A stretch of 64,000 nucleotides of DNA from Elsinoe ampelina (lineage: Eukaryota). The DNA lies in contig ML992511.1 of NCBI GenBank assembly GCA_010093995.1, forward strand, positions 763,516 through 827,515, given 5' to 3'. Below, in pieces: positions 12,629 through 26,095 of this stretch; the stretch's first letter is position 1; each line of letters opens with the position of its first letter. A program made the position numbers and the translations under genes. The notes under the pieces were generated by a model. The model made no database searches. It saw only the letters and a program-made list of their open reading frames with translations, and was not told the origin of the DNA.

Positions 12629-15325
12629 ATGAAGGATACACTGCCTTCAGACAAGAAGCCAAAATTGAGCGCACAAGACAACACCCTTCAGCATGTACGT
12701 GCAACGCTGTTGCGAATGAAGCGCCCAGACAGAGTCGTCTCTGCGCGTACCTCTACCGAAAAGCCCTCACATGGTCAGAAATTGGACGTAAAGCGACCTC
12801 CCGACTTGCCTTATAAGTGTGGCGAAGAACACTGCATCGTCTGTTTTGAGCAGTACTTCCCTGCTGCTCTTCAAGTCACCGACGCAGAGGCAGGTGTAAT
12901 GGCTAACGCATTGCGGAATTCGATCACACAGAATTTCACAATACTTCAAGCTGCCGTCATTTCACATTCGACACAAATCACATCCAGGTGGCGCAACAAA
13001 TCCAAGGGCAAGCGCGCCGAACTCCTCCAAGAGCACACGACGCTCTGCCACGAAAGGTGGGGCTCGCTCCATCTACTGGATGCTCATTCGGAAGAGGCGC
13101 AGAAGAAGATGACAGAATTTGACCTGAAGCATGTCGAGGAATCGGAAAAGATAGTGACGACATACATCTCCCAGTGGCTGAACAAAATACTGCTCGACGG
13201 TATGGCCAAGGAGGGCTTTCAGGATAGCTGGTTTCTGCCGTACTTGGATGTGGAGACATTGTCAGAAGATCCAGCTGGTCTCTTAGGCATGATTCTGAAT
13301 CGCGCGCGCTTCCATCCGGCCGAATGGGTTGGCTTTGACAGTAGCCAGATGGTCCTCTCTGAGCAGATGGCAGTTCTCGATCCGACCTTCAACAAGAAGT
13401 GTATTGCACTTGATCCTACCAGCTATGGATCACTTGTGCCGTGGGACAAGGAGAAGGCTCACAGCTGGAAGATAATGGGATTCACGAAAGCCCGACATCT
13501 CTTGACATCCCAATCCAAGATTCTGCAGCTGCTAGTCAACGTCGTTTTCCAACTTCTACCCTCCGAAGTGGTCACAGGATTACGCACAGCGATACCAATC
13601 CCAGCTCTGGACCTTCACATGGCCGCAAATCTCGGTCGCCGACAGTCAACACTGAGCCGGTCCGAGTACCTTGATCAACCTTTTCGATCACCACCAACCT
13701 GTGACGCAGAGGAGATCCTGAACAAAGCTCGCCTCCGGTGGGAAGCTGCAATCGATGATCTTGAGCTACTCCAGACCGACCCTGCCTTCCTACAGCTGAA
13801 GGTTCGTCAGCTTGCAGCAGGTGCCTATTTCGAACACATTGAAGCCAAAGACAAATGGGTCTGGTTCACAGACGAGATAGTGCTCAATGCCTTACGAAGA
13901 GAAGCATATCTGCGCCAACTTGTATGGGAATGTCAAAAACTTGTCGCCGCTCGCAGGTCGATGACAGATTCATCTGATCCCGATGCAGCAGCTCAGTACG
14001 ACATCATGCTACACGTCGTCGAAGACTGTTGTATCGAACTGTTGGCGGTACAGATCGAGAAATTGCAATTCGGCCTGCCATTCAAGACTGGCTTCGAGAA
14101 GAACTACGAGTTTGAAAGTCACAAGGTCAACAAGACCGGCCGGAAGAAGCCTCTGGTAATCTACCGAGACTACTTCATTCACGACCCTCTCTACTGGAGC
14201 CTGGGCTGCATTGGATGGGATGAGCATCGGCCATTCACAATGGATCCAGTTTTCAACATCCGGGTACTCGAACATTGCATGTCTAAAGGAGCAAAGAGTG
14301 ATCGACAACGTCTCGATCAAGCGACGTACGATCAAATTGATGACATTGCTGTCATCGATGAGATTCGCTTTGCTGTGCGCTGCAACACCTCCCGGAACCG
14401 GAAGCATGCTGTCGTGGAGCTCAAGCGCATGTTGAAGGCCCCGGAACGTACCAACTACATCAAGAAAGTCAAGAATGTGTCCTTTGGAGACATCAATATC
14501 GGGTTGCGAGGCACTCTCCGCGACGTGATGCAGCCCTCATGGCCAACCGGTCCGAAGAACGAGACCTGGCTAGCTCAGGCTGATCAATGCCGTGCAAACC
14601 TTTCTCGTTTCTGGACCAGGTTTCGCGGACTCTACCGGACTCAGCAGATCAAGGCTGGCTTCGCCGAAGATTTCATCCAGGCAGAAATCGACGTCGTTTC
14701 GGCTGATCTTTCAGAACGCTTCGTCGCAGAGGTACGTGATGCGCGGAATGCGATCTTGAACAAGTCCGGGTCAGTCGGTGCCCAACGGAGCCTTCCTCAC
14801 GATCTAGCAACTACCAGTGTGCCTCGTCCACAAATTTATGATCAGAAGGAAAATGTGCAGATCGGACCCATGCGACACACCAAAGTCAAGACACGGGGAA
14901 AGGCCAAGGATGAGTCTATGCCAGTGTCAGTCTTACCCCTCAAGGAACTCGAAGTTCCAGCCAGTGTGGCGCCGGTCCAGGTGGCCAGAGACAATCTCCT
15001 CGTCTTTAAACAGATGTTCCCCAGCGACGACGAGCACTTCACTCGGAAGCTATCCTGGCAGCACTTCTGCGCAGCAATGGTAGATGCTGGCTTTGCAATG
15101 ACTCAAGGAAGCGGGTCCGCGGTATCCTTCAAGCAGTCCGATACTTTCCACCCTAGTCCAGCTTCTGGAGCAAGTGGCAGCATTGTCTTCCACCGCCCAC
15201 ATCCCGACTCTTCGATTGACCCCATCATGCTGCGCTCCTTCGGTAAGAGGCTCGAGAAGTGGTTCGGTTGGAGTAGAGAGCTTTTTGTTGAGCGGGTGAA
15301 GAGAGAGGGAGAAGCTCCGGCCTGA
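12629..15325 (+). CDS. 898-aa uncharacterised fungal protein with a C-terminal HicA-toxin-like domain
   Basis: Intronless 2.7-kb ORF; N-terminal C-x4-C-x2-C motif, long predicted-helical body, C-terminus LSWQHFCAAMVDAGF...GSGSAVSF...SIVFHRPHP...FGKRLEKWFGW. Confidence 0.85.
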   Translation: MKDTLPSDKKPKLSAQDNTLQHVRATLLRMKRPDRVVSARTSTEKPSHGQKLDVKRPPDLPYKCGEEHCIVCFEQYFPAALQVTDAEAGVMANALRNSITQNFTILQAAVISHSTQITSRWRNKSKGKRAELLQEHTTLCHERWGSLHLLDAHSEEAQKKMTEFDLKHVEESEKIVTTYISQWLNKILLDGMAKEGFQDSWFLPYLDVETLSEDPAGLLGMILNRARFHPAEWVGFDSSQMVLSEQMAVLDPTFNKKCIALDPTSYGSLVPWDKEKAHSWKIMGFTKARHLLTSQSKILQLLVNVVFQLLPSEVVTGLRTAIPIPALDLHMAANLGRRQSTLSRSEYLDQPFRSPPTCDAEEILNKARLRWEAAIDDLELLQTDPAFLQLKVRQLAAGAYFEHIEAKDKWVWFTDEIVLNALRREAYLRQLVWECQKLVAARRSMTDSSDPDAAAQYDIMLHVVEDCCIELLAVQIEKLQFGLPFKTGFEKNYEFESHKVNKTGRKKPLVIYRDYFIHDPLYWSLGCIGWDEHRPFTMDPVFNIRVLEHCMSKGAKSDRQRLDQATYDQIDDIAVIDEIRFAVRCNTSRNRKHAVVELKRMLKAPERTNYIKKVKNVSFGDINIGLRGTLRDVMQPSWPTGPKNETWLAQADQCRANLSRFWTRFRGLYRTQQIKAGFAEDFIQAEIDVVSADLSERFVAEVRDARNAILNKSGSVGAQRSLPHDLATTSVPRPQIYDQKENVQIGPMRHTKVKTRGKAKDESMPVSVLPLKELEVPASVAPVQVARDNLLVFKQMFPSDDEHFTRKLSWQHFCAAMVDAGFAMTQGSGSAVSFKQSDTFHPSPASGASGSIVFHRPHPDSSIDPIMLRSFGKRLEKWFGWSRELFVERVKREGEAPA

Positions 15326-16859
15326 TCATTTGAATGGGCAGGAGCGTTGGTGGTCGACGGCTGCGGAGTTGGGAATCTTTGTCCACGGACGCTGCTGTCG
15401 ACCTTGGAGAAGGATTGCTGCACTGCTTGAGGACGCTGATAGCAGAAGATAACATCAAGATACAAAGGCCTGACCAGCCACGAGAGGCATGGTTCCGCAG
15501 TAGAAATGTAGATTTACTGGACCCTCTGTGCCGTGCGTGTCGATTGTCCTTGGTCAATTATGCGGTTCGATAGTATGATCACGACCTTCAGGGGTTTGAC
15601 AACGCTTCACAGCATCTACCCCGTTCGGGAGGATAAGTCATTATCTCAAGATACCATTCCCAACAGCGTGACTATGCCGATATGCTGCTTTGAATACTTG
15701 TTGTGAGAATCAAGCAGGATGCGACTGAGTGGTGTGATGCATCCCGAAGCTTTGACGTCAGACCTCGGCAGATGCCCCAACCTCAAGAGAATCTCTCTGC
15801 CCGTCCACCATTCTTCCATTCTCGCACGACTTCCTTCGACACCTCAGATTCGGTCCACGTGATCCTGAAGAGGAACTGACGCCACTGCTTTGGTGGCGAT
15901 GGCGCCTCTGCAGCCGTTGTTGTGGGCCAGTAGAGCCGCGAGCATACCGTGGAATTGCGAGCAGTTGTAAGCAGTCTCTTGAGAACGGAGCAGGCATGGT
16001 GGGGCTTTCATATGGTGAAATGATCCTGGAAGACCATAGAATCATTTCAATTGGTAGGCTCTTATATATGCTCTATAACTCTCGTTCACTGGCATCAAGA
16101 ACTTAATAGTCCAACATAGCGGACTGTTCGTATCATAGACAAACAGCTGACCAAGCGTCCGTTCACCCTCTCTCGCAGCAGCCAAAGGGTATGTTATATC
16201 CCTGGAGATTCCCTGGGTTTGCACGGACTGAGCGCGATGGTGCCCGGATAATGTGCCTTCAAAGCAATTGTTCTCTTCAGAGCGAGCCTGCCACACGCTC
16301 ATCGGACATGGGGCCCGAAGAGATGATTCTCATCATCTTCAGACCCTGCTTTGGACGTTCTCTCCTGCTACTTTACTAGTACACCACAGCAGGAGTATAT
16401 AAGAAATCCAAGACCCATTCGACGGAACTTCTTGCGACAGTCTTGCTATATATATCACACCTGATCTCGCATCGCAGCATCAATCTCGCTCCGACGATCA
16501 ACACATTTCCAGTACCTGATTCTCACCCCAAATTGCTTTGCATTCAAGCTGCACTCTTCACAAAGAGTATCATCTCTGAAGTTCGCATCACTTCTCTTCT
16601 ATGGCATATCATCTCACTTGAATCAGCAGGTTCGCTTCACGACGCTTACTTGTTCATCACCAGTCCAACAATTTCTTAACATTTCAGATCTTTGGCTGGC
16701 CAATTTGCCATCAAAATCAAGTCAATACGAGCTCTCGGGACTTTCACTACATCTTCACTTCAATTGGAGTGAGTCGTATCATACGCTACATCCGCGCGTC
16801 CAGACAATTTACATCAAGTACGGCTTTCTCTTCTTGTCTTGATCGACCTCATATGGATC

Positions 16860-19800
16860 ATGGACGACACATTCGACAGACCGTCAGCAGCTTCGGCTGG
16901 TTCAACTAGGAGCATGACACAGGCTGCAAAGCAAACGAACGCCTGTGTTGATCTACCCCAATCCCACAACCACTCAGACTTCGACACAATTTTGGACGAC
17001 TTCACCAAAGCTGGCGCACCGGAGCTTGACGGAGTCACAGAGAGCTATCCCAGTACGTACCAGGAGGATGCTCAGGACATTCCACCTCGTCATTTACATG
17101 ACAGATCGATCAGTCCCGGCGATAATTGCGAAGACACGCAATTCACCGCCAATACTGCAGACTGGCTGCTGGATCCCACTACATTGGAGATGAATCCCAT
17201 GTTCGAGACCTCGTTCTACAACGACGACGAGGACGCCTATCAGGGTGTCGAGCCTGTAGAACTGGAGGGGGACGGTGTGAAGATAAACCCTGAGATACAT
17301 AACTCCACTGAGACACAGCCAGCAGCTCCATATGAGGACTTCGAGCTGCCAAAAGTGAAGAATGAGCCTGCATATACTGCGTCGAAGCCGAAGAGAGCCC
17401 GAGATGAGAACGAAGACCTGGAATTGCAACAAAGATATGCCAAAAAGCCCAGGCACATTGTTGCTGGCAGAAAAGATCCAATTCGACAACCTACTAATTC
17501 AAAGCCTGTTTCAGCGCTCGAGGAATTGGCAGAGGAGATCCGCCCGACTGACATCTTCGCCGACGCTGAAGAGATGCAAGATGTACGTTCCCAGCCAGTC
17601 TTTGGAAACAACTCCTCACGATCTGCTGCTCTGAAGCAGCTGGGCAAAAGCGCTTCCGAAACGATCAAGGGAAGCTACTCGCATGACAGAAAGCTGCTCA
17701 ACCAGGCATGTCGGGCCTTTCGCAAAGGTCAAATTAGTCCGGAAGCGGGCGGTGGTAGTGGTTGGAAGGTCTTGGGAATGAAATCGACACTCAAACCACA
17801 CCAAGTTATTGGCACGGCGTTCATGCTCAACCAAGAGAAGAAGGGTAAGGGTGGCATTCTGGCCGACCAGATGGGCTTAGGCAAGACCGTCACAACTCTT
17901 GCATTGATCAACAAGAAGACAGCCAAGCGCGCATCGCATCCCGGTCCGACGCTCGTGGTCGCGCCAAAAGCTGTCAACCGTCAGTGGCTTGACGAGATAT
18001 ACAAGCACTGTGAGACCGGTGGAGTAACGCATGGCATCGCTCGCTGCAAGATATTCAAGGCTTCGACAGAGAAAGAGAACATCACACCTGATAATCCTCC
18101 AGAAAGGCTACTGCAGGACTTTGACATCGTAATCACGACGTACAAGCAAGTGGAGATGAGCTTCCCCTCGGACGAGCCCCCTCCTGGACTCAGTGACGCC
18201 CAAAAACAACTGTGGCGAGAGAGAAACTTTGAGAAGAACAAGGGGATTTTGCATCATACAAAATTCCATCGGATTGTGCTGGACGAAGCACACGAAGTCA
18301 GGAATCCCGAGACGGCCACGTATCAAGCTGTAAAAGCTCTTCGATTCAAGTATTGCTGGAGCTTGACCGGCACGCCATTCTACAATGGTCTTTTCGACGT
18401 CTACAATCTGCTGGATCTAAGCGGAGTAGACGTTGGCATGCCCTACGGTGTCTTCGAGAGTAAATACTGGGACATCCCCAGTGGCAAAGACGCTAGGATA
18501 TACCTTGATCTTCTTCGACTCAGTATGGTCCGCAGGACACACCGAAGTCTATTGTTCGGCGCAAGACTCGTCACCCTGCCCAAAACGAACGCCGTCGTCT
18601 TCCGGCTTCATTTCACACCCGTGGAACGTGCAATCTACGACATCATCGAGAAAAGATTCCGCGAGAAGATGACGGAGTTGTTGCTAGCAGGTGAGGAGAG
18701 GGAAGCCCGGAAGTACGCCTTGATCGTTCTTCTCCGATTGCGTCAACTCACTGCCCATCCTCTGGTTCTCCATACAAAGATGCTTGACCTCTTGGAACGT
18801 CGAGACCTCATCGAACTCCAAGAGATCATCCAGAAAGAGCGAAAACAACTCAGGGTCAATGGGACTGCACTCCTGGATAAGCTAAGCAAGACTTTAGCTG
18901 GTATCGACGCTCAGGAACAGACCACGTCACGTCTGGTGGTTGAAGGACCGGAAGTGGTGGATCTCACGAGAGAGGATGATGGCGGAAGGGCTGACGGCAC
19001 AGGAAGATACCACGGAATCCGACAGAAGTTCGACAAATACATCGAGAATCTGATTGCAACCAAGGACAAAAATGCACTCATTGCAGCCAATCAGTGCGTC
19101 GAATGCAAAGGCGAGGCGAAAAAGCCACAGATCACAAGCTGCATGCACATCTTGTGCAAGGAGTGTCTTACCGACATACAAGACGAGGCTGCTTCAGCCA
19201 GTCTGGGTCGTGCGAAATGCCCCACTTGCAAGGAAGTGTTCGAAAGTGTCGAGGCTCAAGCCGCGGAGTCCGAGTACAAGCCGAATCTTAGCAAGAAGAA
19301 GAAAGCTCAGGTGAATTCCCTCGAGATCGATCTCAAGGATCTTCTCGGTGTCGACGGTAAGGTCATTCCTTCGACCAAGACGTATGCGCTGAAGGCGAGG
19401 ATCATGCTGTACCGCAGGAATGAACCAGACGTCAAGATCATCGTCTTCACGCAGTGGCTAGGCATGATTCGTATACTGGAATCCATCTGTGAGGCAGAGG
19501 AGTGGAAGTGCATCAAGTACCATGGACATATGACCGCGATACAGAGGCACGATGCTGTCGAGCAGTTCGGCAAGGACAAAAGCATCTGCATCATGCTTTG
19601 CAGTCTGCAGGCTGGTGGCGTGGGGATAAACCTGACGATGGCTTCCAGAGTCATCTGCGTCGATCATTGGTAAGTCAGCCGATCCTTCCATTCTGACTAT
19701 TGCTAACATATCGCAGGTGGAATAATGGTATGACAACTTAAAAAACAGATTTGCTATTGCTAACCATTGCTCCAGCCGTCGAAGAGCAAGCCTTCAGTCG

Positions 19801-20047
19801 TTGCTACAGAATAGGACAGACCAGGGAAACTTCCATGCTTCAGTTATGCATTATCAAGACAATTGACGAGAGGATGATGGCTATCAAGAAACGCAAGCAG
19901 GACAGCATCAACAGGGTTGCGGGTAGTGGAGAGGATTCCAACAACAAGTTGACCAAGGATGATCTGCTTGCTCTTTTAGGGATTCCAAAATCTGCCGTCA
20001 ATCGCCAGTCGCGCGCTCGGAACGACGTGGATGAAGAGTCCGAGTAA
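16860..20047 (+). CDS. SNF2-family helicase/ATPase with RING finger (Rad5/Rad16/Uls1-like)
   Basis: LKPHQ, GGILADQMGLGKT (Walker A), RIVLDEAH, SLTGTP, LLRLRQ, RING C..C...SCMHILC..C...CPTC, IVFTQW, AGGVGINLT, spliced DHWWNNAVEEQAFSRCYRIGQ. Introns 19670-19716 and 19728-19775. Start codon uncertain. Confidence 0.92.
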
Positions 20048-21667
20048 TGGTCATGGAAGAATCAATCGAATGCAAAAGCCTAATCGAAGTGTGGAAGACA
20101 GGATTGTGGCAGAGCTCATAGTCGAAGAAGAGCTATAGGAATGCCTGGACACGCGCAGCAGTCTCATGAAATTATCATCCATGGACGAGCTTTTATGAGA
20201 CACAAGGTCAGCGCAGTCTGACAATCGCTTGGTCTACAGATCTCCTGTCCGTGTCACGAGGTATGACGACAGCAGATATCAGTGACCAAGCGCTTATAGC
20301 ATCAATAGCTCAAGCATCAAATACTCCATCCCAATTCCAGACTGAAAAAACTCCACGAAAGAGTTGACGAAAGAAGCATATGCATCTCAATGTCGAGCTC
20401 CTTGCTGTGTTCCCGTCATGCCCAGGTATCAACGGTAGTGAAGCTTCCACAAAATGATTGGAAAGTCCTGCAAATGGCGCTCATGAAATTTCGTATAATT
20501 GAGAGAGTCTAGAGAAGCAGATTCAAGCGTCAGACAGTGGACCTCGAGCAAGCTCTGGTAAGCCAACAGTGCTCTCAAGGCAGAGATACTGTGTTCAATC
20601 TAGCATTCACACTCCATATAGGTCAGCCAGGATCACGCGTGAACTACATTCCTCCTATCTGACAAGGGTTTTGGATCTAAAGGCGATGAGATCGAGACCG
20701 GAAGATGAGGACGCGTCAAGAAATTCTCCTTGTACATATCTGCTCCTTGATGGAACGACTTTCAGCATAGTCATATCTTCGACTTGCCCGGGCATGAGGT
20801 GATACTTTCATCTGAAAGACTATGGAATGGGACCTGTGAGAATAACAAGATATGACCTTTTGATCAGCCGCAGACTTCGATGTATAGCGAGTGAGCATGG
20901 TGGACTAGCGTGACGAAAGTAAGAGTGACAGGACATTGTTCCCGACTGGGCGAGGCTGATGACCATCTTGCTCTTGATTCTTGCTTCATAGTACAATGGT
21001 CTTGACTTGCAAATAAGTCAGGGATGATGGAAGTAGCACGCCATTTAATGACAGTAATGCGATTCGTCCCATCTTGGAGCAAGACTGTCCAAGGTGATCC
21101 TTGACGCATGATGCCGAAAGTGTGACATCGGAGGGGCAACATGTGGTCTATAGTGCCCCTGACCGTCAAAGGGGCCAGAATGTCATGATCGAAATTCGGG
21201 CACCAGCCGCCATTGCTGTAAGAGATATGGTCCCTTCCCAACGGTACCAGAATATCCCTCATAGCGCACACGAGGAGACTGTCGGGGTAGCGAGATCGAA
21301 AAAGCACTTGTGTCAATCTTAGCGAGAAAGCAGTCCACGACCGGCGCCAGCGACCAGGGTCAATGTCCGCTGCGGCACTTGGATGGGATGAGGACGATTA
21401 TTCCAGCTGACCGTGTCCGAGCACCCCGGTCCATAGTATGTGCCTAGAAAAGCACCTTTGATCGAGCATGATCCTGGCCGTCGGCAATCTGCGTCATCCA
21501 TGTGTGATCAAGTCAGGTTGTCTGCAGAGGAGAGCACTCATCCAGGTAAGATCTCGCTTGTTTGGTCCCAACGATGTCGTGAAGGCGGGTAGAGAGATCG
21601 TGATTCATTCATAAATCATTAGCACTACCATTAGGAAGCATTATAGATAATATCGAGGTCGGTAACC

Positions 21668-22880
21668 TCACTTCTTCTCCACGTCCGTGTCCACAGCCGT
21701 GACGATCTGTACACCCCCTTGCACTGACTTGAGTCTTTCCGTGTGATCCAGCCACTTATGTTCCTCCTCACCACCTTGTGCAAAGAGACCAACACTCCCA
21801 TTCGGCCCCTTCTCGACATCATTGTTGATTTTCTTGAGCTTATTGTGCGAATCCCCAGAGGCTTCAAAGTCAACGATCCTGCTCGCGAAAGTGGAAGCGA
21901 GCTTCGGGAAGACGTGTACCACCAGTGGCTTGAGGGAGGGCACGGAAGCGCATACGATGGCGACGGCGCACTCGACGAACGACCATGATCCCAGCGTGAT
22001 CTGTTCCCAGGAAAAATCGGTGGCGCCGTTGGAGCGGATGAAGATTCCGAGGCGAATGCCGGAGATGATGATGACAAAGAAGCCGGTGAGGAAGATGGCC
22101 ATGAGAATGATCTTTTGTCGTAGAGGGAGGTGGAGTCGACTGAGGAGTGGTATTGGGGAGAGGAAGACGATGAGGTCGGTGACGATGTTGAGGACTGCAC
22201 GAAGATCAGGATGGGTAACGATGGATTGGGCGAGTGGTCTTACCAGCATTACCGATGAATAGCGGCCATATCTGCATGCACTTGGCGTCTCCTTGCCGAG
22301 TCCATACGTAGCTGATAGGCCAGCACATGAAGATGCCACTGAGGACGGTCCACAGACCAGAGATACCAATGACGAGAATCAGGACATTGGCTACTATTCT
22401 AAACCGAGAAGCATGGTTGCCGAAGATTTTGCGATACTGGAACAGAAGCGAGAGCTTCACACAAGCCAGGCAACCGCAATAGCACCAGAGCATAGCCCAG
22501 AAGGCATGAAAGAAGTGGATGATTTCGTTTGGTGTCAGAGTGGAGGCGTGATAGCCCATACCCCATTTCTCTTCTACTCTGGGTCAGTCGATCATCTTTG
22601 GTACGGACAGATTTTTTGTTTGTAGCTCACCCTGTATGTAGGTCACCAATGATCCTACAAGGAATAGAAGCGCAAGGACGATGAAGCCATCGTCGACATT
22701 GACTCGTCGTCTGAGAGCGATTCGAGCATAGAGACGTAGACCGACGCAGGTGGCAGCAATACCCAGGAAAGTGGCGGAGAGTGCGATGAGGTGGCCAGGT
22801 CGCTTGACGTCGCCGTTGGCAATGTGTAGAGCGCGAGCCTCGTCGCTGGTCAACATGGGCGGTGGCCCGTCCGACTCCAT
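21668..22880 (-). CDS. PTH11-like (fungal rhodopsin-family) 7TM integral membrane protein, no CFEM domain seen
   Basis: LRLYAR...DDGFI, GMGYH, KLSLLFQY, FMCWPISYVW, NIVTDLIVFLSPIP, WSFVECAVAIVCASVPSLKP; three exons splice in frame. Confidence 0.9.
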
Positions 22881-24280
22881 CGGGATGCCGTATAGCGTAC
22901 AGGTCGAGAGTGTTTACGCCTGGTAGGGACGTCCAGGCTTTACCGGGAAGAACTCCGCGGGCATGAGTATGTGTGTGAACGATGAAGTTCGAGGTCTAAG
23001 CGAGTGGTCCAAGGTCACGCACAATCATATAGGTGATTAGAAGTGCAAGCCGCGGAAGCCATGTAGTTTCTGGACGAGCTAATTCCCGTGGCAGATTGGC
23101 TAGCGATCAATCCCGCAGGCGGTCGATGGGGGCGCGATCGGGGCACGATACAGTACAGAAGAACCGTGTTCGAGCCCAAAGACGTTGTAGCCAGTGCAAC
23201 GGTGAGCCGAAGTCGTCGAGATTGGTTGCTTTGACTCAGCTGCGGCTACACCAGCACAGATTTCGCTGCCGCATGTCACCTTCCGTTTCTCATGAGCTGG
23301 CTTTGTGTCGATTGGAAGCATCCATCAGGTGTGGGTGGCGTAGTCCACGTTAGGTAAGATGATACTATGCCTTCTCCAATCCCACAGCGTACGTCAACGT
23401 TACGGCCGCAGTGCAGCCCATAACGGGTGCCGAGACAAACAACCTGGCAACGTGCCTTCCATGAGCTTGACGTAAAAGCAACACGTCAGGCTTCAGGCGT
23501 TCTTGTGAAGCAAACAAGTGCGTGCAGAAACACGGGAAGAGGTCCCCTTTTCTTCAACAGATCCCGCTTTGCCAAGCACGAGCTTCCGCTGAAATTGGTC
23601 ACGTGCCTGACCCGCAAACAGACGGCACAACACCGAGGCCGATGGACTCTGTCTTCGTCCTTCCACACCATTCTTCATTACAGTATCTCATCTGCACTCG
23701 CAACGGGACTGCGCACATTCAGCTGCGTGGGACACGCGTGTTCTGCATCGTGGTCGAGCAGCCGACCCGTCTTGAGAACTCGTTTGAATATGTAATCGAT
23801 CCTGGTGGTACCGGATGTCGTCTGTCAGGCATGGCACAAGGATTTGCGTTCCCCTTGTCTCGTATCTAGCGGCGTTCGAGAGAGCGTTACGCATCCTCTT
23901 GCGAGCTGGCAGAGACGCAAGCATTGATGCGCACATTTCGGCGAGTACAATCTCCCAAATTTGCCGCAGCGACAGCACATCCATCCATCATGCTGAACAG
24001 TCATATCAGTCTCATCACGCCTGGAATGTACGCAGAACGTCAGAGAAGGCAGCCCGAGTCAGAGCTTTGAACTCAATGTGGAGGAGATCGACGAGGTGGT
24101 TTCGAAGAATATCTAATCAAGCGCTTATTTACAAGTCTCTTCCAAAGTGGCTTCTGTGCTGCTGCAGACACATCCTCACCGTAGGTAATCCACAAGAAGA
24201 GAAAGCTTTTTCCCCCCACCTCATCCTCATCCTACTCAATCCCTCACCTCCCTTCGCGACCACTCCCCTCCTGTCACCAT

Positions 24281-24975
<695 letters not shown>

Positions 24976-25137
24976 TTTTGAATAATGAGTGTGGTTGTGT
25001 CGAAGGAAAGGTGTGGACTTGGCTTGATGATCCTAGGAGAGATGGAGGCGATGAAGTCGCTATTTGTATCTGATATGTCGCCCATTGTGAGCTGTGAAAC
25101 TTCTCTCTCCCGTGTTTTGCCACGCTGAACAGCAGTA

Positions 25138-25991
25138 GGCTAAATTGTGAGATTGAACTTGTGTCAGATGGTGAACTCGGCTGGTTGTTTAGCTCATGTG
25201 GAGAAGAGCAAATTAAGCTCTCCAAGCATTTGCCCACAAGACGCGATGAAAGCTTATTCTCCATGATCGAGCCAGGGGCAGGAACAAGGAACCACGCATC
25301 CACCTCGCCCGCAGGGGTAAGTATAACCTCCCAAGCCCAAGAGCAATAAGAAATTTCATCTCGCAGTGTGTCTTTTATCGGGCCGTCCGCGATTGCGATG
25401 GTTGACTGCGTTCCAGCGATACCCACAAAATGGGTGTTCCCGACCACATGCACTCTAGTGTCGCAAATGCTCAAACGTCGTCCGGCTAATTCTTTGAACA
25501 TTGCGTGTGCGACTGGCAGCATTTGCCAAAGCAATGACTAACAGAAGATATCCATTCGAGCGTACGTCCTTGCGCATGTCGATAGGATTATACTTTGTCT
25601 TTGAGAAAGCTCTGTTACCGAACATGATGGCGGTAAAAATCGCAAAGGCTGTATCCTTGTCCAAAGTGTAATGAGGAGGGTGAAGTGTGGGGTAAGAAAC
25701 ACAGGTGTGGAACACAAGCATGCTCAAGCTTCTGGCTGCATTAGGGATCGTCGTTCGCTTCGGACCACTCAGCTGGCCCTCGAGGAGATGAAACAGGGAC
25801 AATGCTGACGAACCCTTATGGAGTCGAGACCAAGACTGTCTTTCGCGAATAGCCTATAAAGCATTCATAGTCCTTCGAAACATGAATCGGGCCGAAGTAG
25901 AAAAGCAGGTCTCGTCGCTTCGTTGGTCATGTGGTGGTATCGCTCCTCAGTGCACGTTGTTGGTCGATGTACCTCGTATGGGCCGGCTAAA
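25138..25991. promoter_or_regulatory. Putative XlnR sites (GGCTAA) and CreA-like sites upstream of the xylanase
   Basis: GGCTAAA at 25138 and 25985, GGCTAA at 25484; SYGGRG matches at 25198 and 25687. Confidence 0.5.
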
Positions 25992-26095
25992 GGCGAGCCA
26001 TCCTAAACAATTGACTGTACATCGCAGTTGTCGACAGGCCGTCACTGCAATTGCTCACACGGAGTCAAGGTCCTTTTGCTTGAGCAGGCGTAAAG

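Noticed and set aside
15334..15573. 79-aa ORF starting 8 nt after the HicA-like stop codon
   Set aside because: Operon-like spacing means little in a fungus; no motif, probably 3' UTR.
20569..21501. Several 60-150 aa ORFs between the helicase and the PTH11-like gene
   Set aside because: Different frames, no recognisable domain and no consistent splicing.
22570..22582. Apparent in-frame TAG at the start of exon 2 of the PTH11-like gene
   Set aside because: That TAG is the splice acceptor; using it gives EEKWGMGYH in frame.
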